This document shows, piece by piece, positions 47,808 to 62,038 of a DNA stretch of 64,000 nucleotides (positions are counted from its first letter, which is position 1; each line of letters opens with the position of its first letter). The notes under the pieces are model-generated. The model did no database searches. It saw nothing but the letters and a program-made list of their open reading frames with translations, and was not told the DNA's origin. This stretch comes from Paragordius varius (lineage: Eukaryota > Animalia > Nematomorpha): assembly GCA_964247055.1 (NCBI GenBank), contig OZ176055.1, forward strand, positions 6,448,001-6,512,000, written 5' to 3'. A program made the position numbers and the translations under genes.

Positions 47808-50800
47808 ATTTAAATAGCGGATGCTTTATATAAAAAAATAATAATTATTTATAAAAAAATTAAGGATATTTTTTTATTTGATTTTTGTCACCTTCTAAAT
47901 TCAATATAGCAAATAAAAGCTCAAATAATGAATACATTGAAATTTTTATTTGCATCTTTGTTTTAGTTCAATTTTATATTTTATTATCACGGATTTTGTG
48001 TTTACAGCTCACTAAGGATATAACAGTTTGGAATTTAAGCATGCAACATGACTCAAATTTTATATTCTAACTCTACCTGAACCTAAATTACTATTTATTT
48101 TATGATATTGATAAAAAATAATTACCCAATGAGCAATATTTCCCATAATACCCAATTTTACATAGGCAAATATTATTACTGTCGCAATCTAAGGATCGCA
48201 ATGCATTGCAATAGCATGGACCTGTTTGTGATTAACATAAAAATAAATATTTTTATGTTTGAACATATAAACGATTTATGATCAATATAATAAATACGCT
48301 CTTCCCTATTTAAATATAATAATGTTTCCGTCTGTTAAATTAAATTAACACACCCATATAAATTATTTTCAAACAAGCCTATAGACACCAAGATAATTTT
48401 ATTTATTTCATTTAAAATTTAAGAGAAAAAAATTATCTTAAATAATTCCATGATAGAATTGAAATCAAGTAGGGAAGCCATTTCTTACGCCATGACAAAT
48501 GGCTACAATTTAACCGGTTTCACAAACTATAATTCATCTAAAGTTGTGTAATTTGGTAAATTTTGAACTTAATCTAGCTTATTTTTTAAAAGATGTCGTT
48601 TATTAAGTTTTTTATTTAGCTATGAAAAAATAAAATATTTCTACATATTCAGCCAATTTATGTTGATATAAATATTTTAATGATTTACTATATGGACTTT
48701 GTTCGATTGAGACGGATATTAATACAAAAAAGAGGAGATAATAAAAGATCATATTTATAAAATATCAATAATCATTTTTTAAAAAATTTAGTTAAGCTAT
48801 GCACAATTTATGCAGGTCAAATATACAACGTTTTTTTTACCTTATTTATCAACACGCATATCTAAATTGATAGGTTTTATGAGGTAAGGTTGGTATACTT
48901 TTATATGTAATAGCAAAAAACTAATTTATTTTACAGAGGCGTAACTTGAATTTCTACCACCAGGTGCATGAATCCGTGATGACCATTCCCTCCCCCTCCG
49001 CATTTTATAAAAATAAATGGTGGTGATTGTATTATTTAAAATAATATAACTTTTAAATACCTATTTTTTTAAATAAACTTAAATTTTTTTTAAGAATGAA
49101 CCGGCGCCCCTTCAACTATGGCACCCGGTGAATTCCCCCCCCTCCCCTTCCCCCTCTCTAGCAAATCCACTGCATTTTATCATGCTAAATTACTTGGAAT
49201 AAAAATAATTAAAGTTTTTGCTAAATTTATCTCTATTATGGATATTTAATTGGTATTACATTGTATAGAAAGTGTTTAATCATCAGATTCACGGGCTAAA
49301 GTTGTGTGGAAAGGGAGCGGTGCAAAGGAGTATTTTGAGAATTTTTTTATATTAGTAGCTTTTATGCTTTATTCTAAAGGGGACTGCTTATTAAGGGTTT
49401 TTTTCCTCCGTTGGAGACAATTCAAAATTTTACCCATGTTATCTAAATTTTAAAAAATCGAATTATCTTAAAGTTATATTCAGCCAAATAAAAAATTTTA
49501 CAGTGGAACAAAGCCCTGGGCAAAATTTTCCTCTCAACCCATACCTTTTCCCTAAAATAATACTTTGATTTTTTGATTCTTATGAGGTACTTTTAATTTA
49601 GCTCATTCTTGTAATTAAGCTTTGAATGTTTTGTCTAAAAGTTGCCTTTGTAATATGAATATTTCATTATTATTTCAATTCCATGTAGATATTATGGAAT
49701 ATCTAATTAAATTTATGTAAAAAATAGCATAACCATTTTGAATATTGAGAAGAAATTTATTCTTTACAAGAATATTATTATGATGAAAAGACCTTATATC
49801 AAATAGATTTTTAAAAACATAATTAGAACTTTCAACATTAAATGGGGAGAACTAACAGTGGAAAACGCTCATTATATTTTTTAAAAAGAATCATTTTTTG
49901 AAAACGTTAAAAATTTTGTAATAATTTTTTTTAGATTTAATTAAAAGATGTCAATATCGAACATTGAATTACAAAAATAGATGGCAACTTGCTAGAATTA
50001 GAAAACGTATAAATATACGAATAATAAGCATATAAATGCTATCCAGGTATAAAAAACCCCTAAGAGAATTTATTTTTATATCTACGAATGAGGGTAGTTT
50101 TGAATTTTTATAATTCAATCTGTTGCTTAACAGTATATCTGCCATTAAAATTATTTTTCTATATTGGTGTCAGTGACAGGAGTACTTTTTAACTCGAATT
50201 TCTAGCAAAGGCAATGATGAACTATTAACGAATTTTATCAGCAATTATTTTAAGAATTATTTTCAAATAATACTTAGCTGTAAATTATATCAAAAGGATA
50301 TAATTTTTTTTAATAAAAACCAACGCTTTTCTTACCGTTTCTATGTTTAATTGGAGCAAGAGGCAAAAAATAACATGGATCCAGAAGAACTGCCCGTTGT
50401 TTCTTTATATATATGTGTAATTTGATAATGATCTCATCCCTTTCGAGCTTGTATAAACTCTTTGATATCAATTTTAGTCATTTATTGCTGTATATATATT
50501 GTTTAAAATTTAAACTATACATTAAATATTTAAGTAACTAAATAACGTTTTTAATTTCACATAGTATTTAAATAATAATTTTTTATAAAATAAAAAGTTT
50601 ATATCTAAATATTAGGCAACATATTAAATTTTTTCATTTGATGTGGAATGTTGTCTTGTCACAAACAATGGGCCTTCCCTAGTTCACTAAAAAAGTAAAT
50701 TGATTAAAAATTAAATTAAAAAAATATGATGTTATCAAAAAATAAAAATACTTTTATATATAGGTGTCAAGCGATTTATATCATAATTTGCCAAATTAAT

Positions 50801-51068
50801 TGGTGGTCCTGTCGGGTGTTCTTCGAAATCCGTCAAAAAATTTCGGGAAACATCCCTATTATCAATGTTAAATAGTATTAAAAGTCGGTTATATTTTTTG
50901 TCTTTTTAGCAAATGTTTAATTTTTAAATAGCAACTAAAATATATTTTATGTAAAACGCCTTTTTGGAAAATTATAAAATTAGCTTTATAATAAATTAAT
51001 AAATTTCAATTCTCCTGTCAGAAAAAATGAACTGATTCGATGTTACTATTATAAATTCTAAAACGTAC

Positions 51069-53876
51069 CTTGAGATAGGGTTTATCGGAAGACCATGTGG
51101 GTCCATGTGTGTTTGTTCTTCAAAGATTTTAGCTTTGGAGAAGCGTGGGAAGGGAATAGTCTTAGCGAAGAATTTGTGAGCCACAAAGAATAGCAAGAGT
51201 AAAACCAGGGACATAATTCCATATAAACGGAATACTGCTTTTGAACCTAAAGTACCATGGTATTGTAAATTTAATGGCGGGACCTATCATTTTTATCTAA
51301 TACTTAAAACTTATATTAAATTATAACCAAAATGTATTCTCCCATTTTAGGCATATTCAAAGATTATTTGAATCCACCAAACTACCCTATTCCTAAACGA
51401 AAATATTTATCTAAACGGAAAGTTTTGCGTTTCATCGATGTAAATTACACAAGTTGACTATATCGTTATAATTTCTATAAAATTTTATAATACACATATT
51501 CACCCTTGAAAAATTCAAATTCACCCTCGAACAATTCAAATTTGCCCTCTAACAATTGAAATATACCCTAAAAATAAATTGTGTTTTCAAACTAATATAT
51601 ATATTAATATAAAATATATCTTTACGACATAGTTTATTATTCAGTATTATTTAAATTTAAAACATAATTTTATTTTTTAAAAATATATATATATAAAAAT
51701 GTAGGTATTTTTAGTCTAAAAAACATATAATTATTTGAGGGTAAATTTGAATCGTAAATAATCTATTACGAAAGTAATTATTGTTTAAGTATTTAAATTC
51801 AAATGACACATTTAAGCAATAAACCATAAGCCTGGATCAAAACACCACCCAAAATCGCACCCAGTCCTCGACCTAATCCATGATGAATGGCTTGTAAAAG
51901 ACTTTGCGAGGGTTGTTTCATCTCGATGGGGACCGTGTGTGTGACAAATGACATGCAGGCTATCCAGACTGCAGCATGTGTTAAACCTTTTTTTTCACAA
52001 TTAAAATAGTATAAATTGATATTTCAACAGACAAAACCTAAAAACATAAAGACAAAATTTTTTGTTTAAAAGCCAATCACTACACTTTTTTGAACATTAA
52101 TTTTTTCTATATAAACTATTTAATAATTAATTGATTATGTTACTATTTAACAGTTTGATACAATGAGTTATATGTATAAAAATCAAATTTAAAAAAGTAT
52201 GGTTGTCTTTTGAAAATAAATATTTATCTTTATGGTTTTACGTTTTGTTTATATAATTTTAGTTTTTACTGCAAAAGATTTTTATATTTGCATCATAGAA
52301 AATCGCAAATAATTATAATTATAAAGAATTCGCATCCAGTAAATTTTAAAATATTTCGACATAATAATATCAAAGAGACGTACCCTGAATAAATTCGAAC
52401 GGTAGTACCCACCATGGTGACTTCAACCAAGAAATGTATAAAAACCGTATCATGTTTCCCGCTAGTCCCAAATACAGGATCTAAATTCCAATAATAATAG
52501 GATATGCTATGTTATAACATTTCAGTTAAAACGTAATTTTGATTAACACAACTTGTATGGATAGTATTTGCGATTTACCAAATTTATTAATTTTATGGGG
52601 CTAAATTCCATATCCTTTTTTAATATAAACACATTTCGTTATTCAGTAAAATTTAATTTAACCTATATAAAAACTTATTTTTGGGTAAACATAGGAATCA
52701 AAAACATTTCAAAATTATTTTACTTTAATGTGTCCCAATTGATGCATCATACGTTGACTAAAGAGATACGTAACCAGTTCAGATACGTGATTTATGATAG
52801 AAGCTATACCAAATACTGTTGGAGCACCGCCGATGTCTTGTAAATGCCAAAACAAAAAACTAAATACAAATCCCATCCCAAGCCCCATAAAGAATGCAAT
52901 GAACAAAAATAATCCGTGGTAAGGCGTGTTAAAAGCTTTAAGGGCCGCGATCCAGGAGGGCAAATCTGCTCTTATATCATTTTGTCTGGCACGCCGGGCT
53001 AACTCTTTATCATCGACCGATTTTATGCCTGGAAGGGTAGTTGGACGAGGGGGAGGCGTTGAATGCAATCCTATATCCCACAAAGGGAAATTAGTGAAAT
53101 ATAGATTTTAATCTTTAATGAATAGTTTTTTGAGTATTTGGTGATAACATGGTAAAAGTATAATAAATTACAACCATATAATCAAAATTTATAGAAGTTT
53201 AATTTTGAATATAGATATTACTTTAAACATATATAATTTCACATATAACCATTCATAGGCAACATTTTACAATTGATACAATAATATTAATTAGTTGTTT
53301 ATCATTTTTTCAAAACAAGCAGTGCAGATAATAATTTAATACTATAGAGACATTTATTAACAATAAGCTGGGTAATTATTATCTATTCAAATATTGTATT
53401 ATATTTTTTTTATGTATGATACAAATCGTAGTGATGTTACCTATGCAAATATTGGTATTTATATTTTTGTATGTATGATACAAATCGTAGTGATGATAAT
53501 ATTTTTATTGTCTATACTTATAAATGTATTATGATGCAAATAACATATTTATTATAATGGTAAATGACGGATTTATTATGCTTTGTGAAAACAGTTGTAA
53601 AATCCGGATGATGATAAACGAAGTTATTAACAGAAATTTAAATGATATGTGAAACGCTTTCGTCAATAGTAATCGCAGACTAGTTTCGTGCTTGTTAGCA
53701 CTCATCAGTACGACGCAACTATTTGACTTGGGGTTTTCACATATCTTACGGATTTAACAACTGTTATTACAAAACATATCTATTAGTTTACATGTATATC
53801 TTTGTATGTATCATGCAAATACCGTAATGAATTATCTTAAATTTTTTTGATATCACGTAAATTACCTTCACAAAAA

Positions 53877-53914
<38 letters not shown>

Positions 53915-55447
53915 CCGATTTTTATAACAATTAAATTATCATCTTTTTTATATTATCGTCCAATATAACGTAACAGAATATAATCAAAGCTACTTTATGT
54001 AATAGGTTAGATTTATAATAAAAATTTACCTGTTTTTTCTGATTCGTCTTGATCAAAATTTTGATTTTCCACTGCGGAAGGCGTCGTTGCCGTTTTGAGG
54101 ATCGGATCATTGGAATAACTTTCATCAGCTGCCAATTCTTCGTCATCTAGAAGCATGGGTGCTGAGATTACAGTGCTTGGTAATTTGGCTTTTACTGTTC
54201 TTGGTAAAGAATTCTAAATATATTATTAGATTAAATTATAATCTGAGCAGTATTTTAGGTAAGCTTTTTATTTACATCCTCAAGTAAATGTGCTTAAAAA
54301 CCGTTAATAACTAATTAAAATTTTCACAGAGGCGAGACGTAGCTAGAGGGGCGTAGGGGCTGATGGCGCCTTAAATGAAGGAGCGCCGGATTTTAAAATT
54401 TTTAAATTTTATTTCAAAAAATGGGCATTTAAAAAGTTATTATTTTAAATAATACATAAAAAACCCAATTATGAGTGGCCACTACCACGGTTTGAATTTG
54501 TTTATTTTTTTAATACAAGGGGTCGCATGGAGGGACAGGCCCCATAAATGCAAGCTACGCCTCTGAATTTCCATAATCGAATTGTAATTGAATAAGAAAG
54601 TTACCCTTGTGTTAGGACTGGCCTCTAATTCTGACGGAGATGTGATCATCTCCTTCATGGCTAAAATATCTTCGGCCGTTTGATATTTGAAATAGAACTG
54701 ACTAGCGGCCAAAAAGGCAAAGCTCATAAGAACACTAAAAACGGCAAAACATATCGTGTAATTCTTTTCACCCGGGTCTTTTTGCCCACACGGGTGCATT
54801 GGAAAGGCCGTGGAATGATCCAGGGCAATACCAACGAAAAACATAGCGAGACCCCATCCCAAAGAACCAAACATACGTTGTTTACCATAACTTTGGGTTT
54901 TGTGACCTTGATTCATACATAATTAATTAGAGAATATAATGAGTAAATATGAAAACTTTACTAAATTTCTAGTCGAATTAGTATTGTTAATTAAGTCAAA
55001 AATTAATAATATTAAGATCTTTGCTGCTGTATGGTTGTTAGACCAAAGATCATGACCCTGATAAAACAACAAATGTTCATTAATTTATATTTATGTAAAC
55101 TATAACTTTGATATATTTTTTTGAAATCCAGCAAAATATCTATTATTTTACCTAATAAAAGCTATATATATATATATATATATATTTAAACAGACTGATG
55201 TATTACAGTCAATAAAAAATTAGTTTCCTTTTTACCTATAATTTTTAATTATATTTCTATCAACTTTTTAATTATGGTATGACATGATTACCATATGGTT
55301 AAAACTTCATCATAAAAATTATTAGTAAGATGTGTTTTAAAAAGAGTCAACTAGTCTGATCTTTTTAATTAGTCAATGCCCAAACTTATAAAAATGATTA
55401 AAATTGAGAATTAATCTTAAATAATTTAAATTTTTCCGAGTATATTG

Positions 55448-55488
<41 letters not shown>

Positions 55489-55884
55489 GTTAAATTCAAG
55501 CGCCTTTCTAAAAAGGATTTGACTAATTTATTTAATATTTTAAGGCTATTTTTGTGTCCGAGCAAACGACCTTGTAACAAAATTATTATCGTAAAAACAA
55601 TCAATATTCCTTTTATTTACGGCCATAAATTCTATATAATACGGGAATTTCAGCACGCCATCCCAACGATAAATTGTTTTTTTTGCTAACGTTATAAAAA
55701 TATATTTTTTGTTTCTACATACACAAAAGGCAAAAATAGTAAAAAAAGGTTCTGATATTATTGATTTTTATGTGATGACCATCAAATATTTTATAAAACA
55801 TACCACTAAATAATGTTTTTTATTATAAAAATGTTATGTAACTACTTTGTAGGACTTTTGTCATGTGAACTAAAAATTAATGAG

Positions 55885-55920
<36 letters not shown>

Positions 55921-58900
55921 ATAAAAGTATGAATATTTATAAACTAAATGTGGCAACCGAAAAATTTAATTTATTTCTTTTTCCCAAATCATTACTTGTT
56001 AAAAATATAACGAGTATCTTATTAAATCCACTTTTTTTATTATAAATATTCATGTAATATAGATATCATACCTAAATATCCCATCGTAGCTGTATCTGCC
56101 AAGGGAAGTGACGGAGAAGAAAAAAATTCACCAACAATCATGAGCATTAGATTGATTAGAAATGCCCGTTGGACTTCGGCTTCATCGTATAACACATTAC
56201 TGAACGTTGGTTTGACCAGTCGTTTGAGTGACGTTCGATTTGGATAATTGAGTAACCAGTCTCTGGGAATTACGATAGGACTTTTGCCTAGCACATACCC
56301 CTTGGGTAAACGATGCCCTTTCCGTTTAATGTCAAAGAAATCTTTCATATCAATGTCTCGTTTTAGCCGCTTTTCTTGATGTTTTTTAGGGGGTTTGACT
56401 TCTTCCATCTCTTCTTCTGGGACTTCCTCGTATTCGTATATAGGTTCAGTTTGTTCGGAAGATGGTTGGACTGTAGTTTTCATATTTGTGGTAGTAAGTT
56501 TAGTTAGTATGGGAACGATTGGAGATGTTAGCATCGGCTCCCCATAACCTATTTTGTTGTAAGTATCTTCTTCGAGTTCAGAGCCAAAGCCTATCGGATC
56601 TTCAAAAAAACGATGAGTAGTATTAAAGATGACACACCCGGCCGGTTTTGGTACGACAAAAGCCACACTAAGGGTAAAAACGATCCAACAAATCAGAGAA
56701 AATAGTAGGATATGTTTAGCTCGCTGATATCTTTCAGCTATGGCACCCCATATAGGAGCGCTGCATAATTCCACGAAAGGACGAAATCCCATAACTAACC
56801 CTGTTTGTGTCGGACTAAATCCAAGTTGTTTATAGTACAAACCAAGCATGGGATATAGAGATCCAAAACTCGAAAAGAAGAAAAAGTAAAAGGCTTTACT
56901 GATCAGTAAATCAGAATCCCAACCAGCCGCCGATGATGGAATAAGGGAATCAAAACACTCTTTGACAAAAGAGAAGCGTTGCCCGCCCTTATTATAACTA
57001 GTCCCACTGAGTGTATCAACCATGTCAACTTGTTTGTAAGGATCTGTACGTGAGAATGATCTGCGAATTGCCGCTTCAACTGCATTTACGATACTTGGGG
57101 GTCTAGGAGGAGGTGGGGGTATAGGTCTTCCGCTGACTGAAAGCGCCTGATCCCCCGAAGAAATGGCCGTTGTTGTGGGCCGGGAGTAAGGACTTGCATG
57201 GCCATTGAAATAATCTCTGCCTGAACCATTTTGTGCTGCGAGGATGTTTCCTGACGATGACATCATAAAGCGATCGCGAGCTGTCCCTTTTGAAATCGTT
57301 AAATAAATTTAATGAAGCGCAAATAAATTGACTACTTACTTAGCCTGATATTTTTTCTTAATTCCGTAGTTTAATTAATTTAGACTAGTAACACTTCAAA
57401 ACTCAAGAATTTTAAATGCGCAACACTTCTAATTTTTTAAAATTAATAAAATATCAATGTGCTTGAAGTATTGTTTCAAATGTTTCATAATCCGCCGTGA
57501 TTATAGAATAAGTACACTCTCTTATAAAATTAAAAATAAAAACTTGACACAATTTGAATTTTACTATTCAATATGGGATTAGAACCGCCAAGGTGATTAA
57601 ACAAGGCATAGTACTAATTAATCCAATAGTTATCGATATTATCATTAACACTTTATAAACTTTTGGAGGTAGTCTTATTCTCGGGGGCCATTTAAAATTT
57701 AAACATCCTAAAACATATTTTAAGCATTGGGCCAAATTCAAAAACATGCTTACTTTAGCCTTTTAGGTATCTAATAAAATTTTATTTAAAAGTGTAAAAT
57801 TGCAAAAAAATCATCATCCAAACCCATTTGTCGCCTTTTTTCCGCTTTAATTTTTTTGAATGGTGAACAACACGCAAATAACTGTATGTTATGGTTAGAA
57901 AAATATAAATAATTAATTTTGGAAAGCTTTCATTCATTTTACCAGTAAATGTGATATTATTTTAATATCAGCTGTTCGTTTCTACATCTTTTGGATCAAT
58001 AATTATGGATTTTGAAAAAATAAAAATAATTAACTTTTGAAAGCTTTCAATCAATTTACCAGTAATAGGATATTAATTTAATATCAGCTGTTCGTTTCTA
58101 CATGTTTTGGATCAATAATCATGGATTTTGTATCTTGTATAATATAAGCGGGTTTGATAATTAAATTATAACCGAAAAACTTTTTAAACAGTAATTTGTT
58201 TGCTACTTTAAGACCTGGGGTAGAAAATTACCCCAAAATGTCACATTGCACAAAAAAATGAAAATGTAATGAAGTGTTAAGAGACAAAAATTAAATAACA
58301 CTGTATTTTAAAAGTTCATTTAATATTTAAATAACATATCATTTCTATATATATATATTTATACAGTTTTAACGACAACGTTTGAAGACATAATTCAAGG
58401 TACCTAATTTAACATAAACATTTTCCATACACAATTTGGCCGTAGAAACACTACATTTTTTATAATAATAACACAAAGCATTTCATACCGTTCAAATTAT
58501 TTTGTTCGTTTGGCCCAATGTATGCTGATGATGTTTGATAATCGCCCTGATGTCCATCTTCCCCTGAATAAGTATAATGCTCATCTTCGCCTTCAGTTTC
58601 TTCTTCCTCCTCTTCTTCGTCTTCGTCATATTCTGGTTCCATGTCTTCGTTTCTGACATTAGAATAATTGTTTTGTTGGGTGGGGTGTCCTTAAAATTTA
58701 TGCATCAGTGACAATATGAATATAAGTGTGCCCACACGGCAAAATATATAAGATTAATAGCAATAATGACAGGGAAAATGTGTGCCACATCAGATTATAT
58801 GGATATAAATATCACAAAATAAAAAGAAAATCAAATAACTAGGGAACTAAAACAAATGCTACTCACATTAGAGTACAGCTTATGGTTGCTTTGGCTAAGG

Positions 58901-60181
58901 TGTCCTAAAAGTTTATGCAGACAGAATAAGAATGAATGCCTAGAAAATGTGTGCTAAATGGAGAAGACCTCATGAGATGAATGGTAAATAACCGTGATTG
59001 GAGAAGTATATTGCTTCAAATAGGCACAATTCGAACACAACTTAAATTATCTTAACACATACAATGATTACGCAGGTCTATTTCATAATTTTTTGACATT
59101 AAGAGTCATGTGAATAAGCTATCCCATTTTTATCCTATTTTACCAAATTTCCGCCATTTACACCATTTAAGCTGCTTGAACGGACTCAATATCAAAATAA
59201 TTGGCTCAATGTTCATTCTTATGGTCCCCTATATTTTATTTGCATTGAACAAGCTTAATACCAAAAATTTAATTGAATTCTGATCAGTAGTAGACCAAAT
59301 TTTAATTAGTACAAATGGCCAGTCTGCAGATGGTATTTTGTCCATTGTAGGTCCAAACCAGTAAAACTGATGAAACAATTTTAAATGTCGCAAAAAATAT
59401 TTATCTTGTCTCAAGAGCCATGCACCATATAATATCGACGCAAATTTCTGACTGTTCGACGCGCTTGTAGATATTTATACTCAAAAATATTTTTTATATA
59501 TAATTCAAGGCCATAAAACCCACCTATAGGCGCGGTTTGAAACTTACTGATCTAAACAATTTAAGTGATATACAAAGGTAACTGGCAGAGTTTCAAATGT
59601 TTTTAAAAACAGGATTCCAGTTTGTGATTTTATTAGTAAAATTAAAAAAATGGTGTCTTTGCAAAAAGGTTTTAATAAGCTTATGGTTCTGAGTTTTACA
59701 GAAAAAGGTTTCAATGGCTGGTTTTTAAATAAAGCGTTTTACCAGTATCCAACTGATATTTAACGCAAATTTTAAATAATTTTATTTATCATTAGTTTTA
59801 TATGACCCAGTAAATTTATAAGAAATATTCATAACAAATATAACATAACATTGAAATACAAAGGGAACAATAAATATCAATTGAATATTAATATTTAGTT
59901 TATCCTCTTACGGCTTATTTTGGTTAATTTTGTTATCCACAACACTTTTGATTAAATAATGAATTTTAAAATAGTAATATATATTATAACTTACCAATCG
60001 GATATGTGCTTGCGGTAGAGCGTTCACTATTAAAGTTACTATTATTATAATTGGTTGAAGGGGTTTGATTTGACCTTGGATTATAATTTCTATCTCTGAT
60101 CTCCTGAGTATTTGAGGAGTTAGACCGAGGCTCGCCCAGATCGCCAAACAATTCTTTTCGATTCAATTCACTTCTATCCAT
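51069..60181 (-). CDS. MFSD6: Major facilitator superfamily domain-containing protein 6 (final exon unresolved, probably ~50.3-50.45 kb)
   Basis: Phase-consistent exons 60181-59995, 58689-58489, 57286-56072, 54906-54605, 54213-54030, 53070-52724, 52480-52384, 51986-51825 and 51246-51069. Motifs: LLISKAFYFFFF, YYKQLGFSP, RPFVELCSAPIWG, YGKQRMFGSLGWG, FLFWHLQDIGG, QGLTHAAVW, GLGRGLGAILGG. Confidence 0.88.
54327..54565. mobile_element. MITE with CAGAGGCGTAGC-type TIRs in an MFSD6 intron; related copy at ~48933-49170
   Basis: cagaggcgagacgtagctag ... gctacgcctctg. Confidence 0.65.
57908..58132. repeat. Tandem duplication of a ~116-bp unit in an MFSD6 intron
   Basis: aatatcagctgttcgtttctacat.ttttggatcaataat.atggattttg occurs at ~57964 and ~58080. 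Confidence 0.8.
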
Positions 60182-61999
60182 TTAGGGATGCTTATTATTA
60201 AATAGGGCCATTTGTATTGTGATAAATTTGGGAATCAAATATTAGTCGAATAAAATCATTTAAGTTTTTATATAATCATTAATAAGAAAAAGGGAAGCGT
60301 AAAAGCATATCAAATATAATTATTTTAATATTGATGGATAACTAAAACAAAATAACTTTTGTTTCAAAGCAAATAAAAATAAAAAAATGGCCAATTTTCG
60401 ATATTCATACATAAAAAAGTGGACAAAACATAAATAAATATTGGAAAATTTATCTTTATATAAATTAATAAAGGATTCTAGCATAATTCTTTCGTCTCCA
60501 CTTTTATTATCATTTTTATGTAAAACGTAATATATTATAGCTTATAGATTTTATTTGCCATTTCGTGCAATGGAATCTACCATAGAGCGCCTACTATTGA
60601 CACGTTTTTTTCTATTTCATGTGTCGCTTTTTATATTCAAGAATTTTCCAATAAAAAATTATTTATAATATAGATAAATGTAAAAAGTATATTTCTAAAA
60701 CCAGTTATAATTATTTTTTTACATTAGTGCATAACGGAAAAAAATAGAAATTGCAGCAAATAATAACATTATTTTTCCGTAACAACTCCTCTAAAAAAGT
60801 AAGGGATGTCACTAAAAATTTTAGCATGCCGTGGCAAAAATAACTGCAATCATCTATTGTCGCACACATTACGTCCCATAAAATCGATATTTTGTTTTAA
60901 CACAATAAAAAATTTAATGTAAAATATATATATATATTATTTTATAAAATAGGATAGACAAATTGTTACAATAATATGTTAGAAAATATTTTCATCATGG
61001 TAATTTTGTAATCAATTGATTGTGTCTGTTTTTCGTTTAGTAGATCTGTTTTATTTCTTTTTAAATTCTAAAACGTTTTTCTTAATAGATTTTTATTGTA
61101 ATAAATATTTTTTATATAAAGTTAAATGGATAAAAAAATTAATTATCCCCATGAGACAAATTCAATTTTTGGTGCAGAATGAATGGCTAGTTATTACATA
61201 TAATAACAGATAAAAAAATATATTTTTATGTAACATACATCATTCGATAGCTATATCGTTAGATTGAGAAAAAGATGGATAAAAATGCCAGGAAAATAGT
61301 ATATTTTATATAGGCTAAACTCGAAAACTGGAATATTACGCAATTGGGTCGAATAAATATACTTATAATAGAGCAAAACTCGCCAGCCTAATTTTATTTG
61401 TAATATCAGAGTAAATGTAAAAATATTATTTCCTGAAGGATGCTATAATATGTCACTTTGGCATGGAACTAAAACCAAAGCATTTCAAGAATGCGGTATA
61501 ATATTTACACATTAGCTATAAATTGTTGCTTAATAAAAAATGAAAAGCGGAAGTAGCGTAAACTACATGTCCTGGTTTTTATATAGACAATACACAAAAT
61601 CCTGTATAAAAAACATACTTATCTATATTCTGATATATACAATACTTATATCAGGATTCTCATGATGCTTTTGGTTTTGGTCCTTGTGAATGATATAATA
61701 AAGATATTAGCACTTTTCTGGTAACTACTCCACATCAGAAAATGAAAAATTTGTGCGTATTTTAAATTTTTTTGGTGAAGCTAAATGTTTAATCCATAAT
61801 ATCACTATTATTAACTATATATAAAGATCAAAACAATTTTTATAAGTTTATATTATATAAGTGAAACCAAAAGTTTTCTTATTTTTAAACCCGTCGAAAA
61901 TGGGTATATGCTCTTAAAATAAAGGTAAAGCGATAAAAAGTTTAATACACGGTACAGAAAATCGGCCCTTATAAAAGATATCCTCATGATGTATATATG

Positions 62000-62038
<39 letters not shown>

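Larger units (their letters stand above)
36807..48752 (-). pseudogene. Second copy of the laminin-EGF-like / dead trypsin gene, with a frameshift in the penultimate exon
   Basis: All 14 exons are recoverable (ATG 48752; e.g. 48221-48126, 44982-44878, 41180-41075, 39373-39174, 38906-38706, 37191-37028, 36928-36807). The penultimate exon is 164 nt versus 168 nt in copy 1, giving a premature TGA. Confidence 0.72.

Noticed and set aside
58900-59480. Coding-looking stretch in the first MFSD6 intron
   Set aside because: All frames are interrupted by stops and I could not match any motif.
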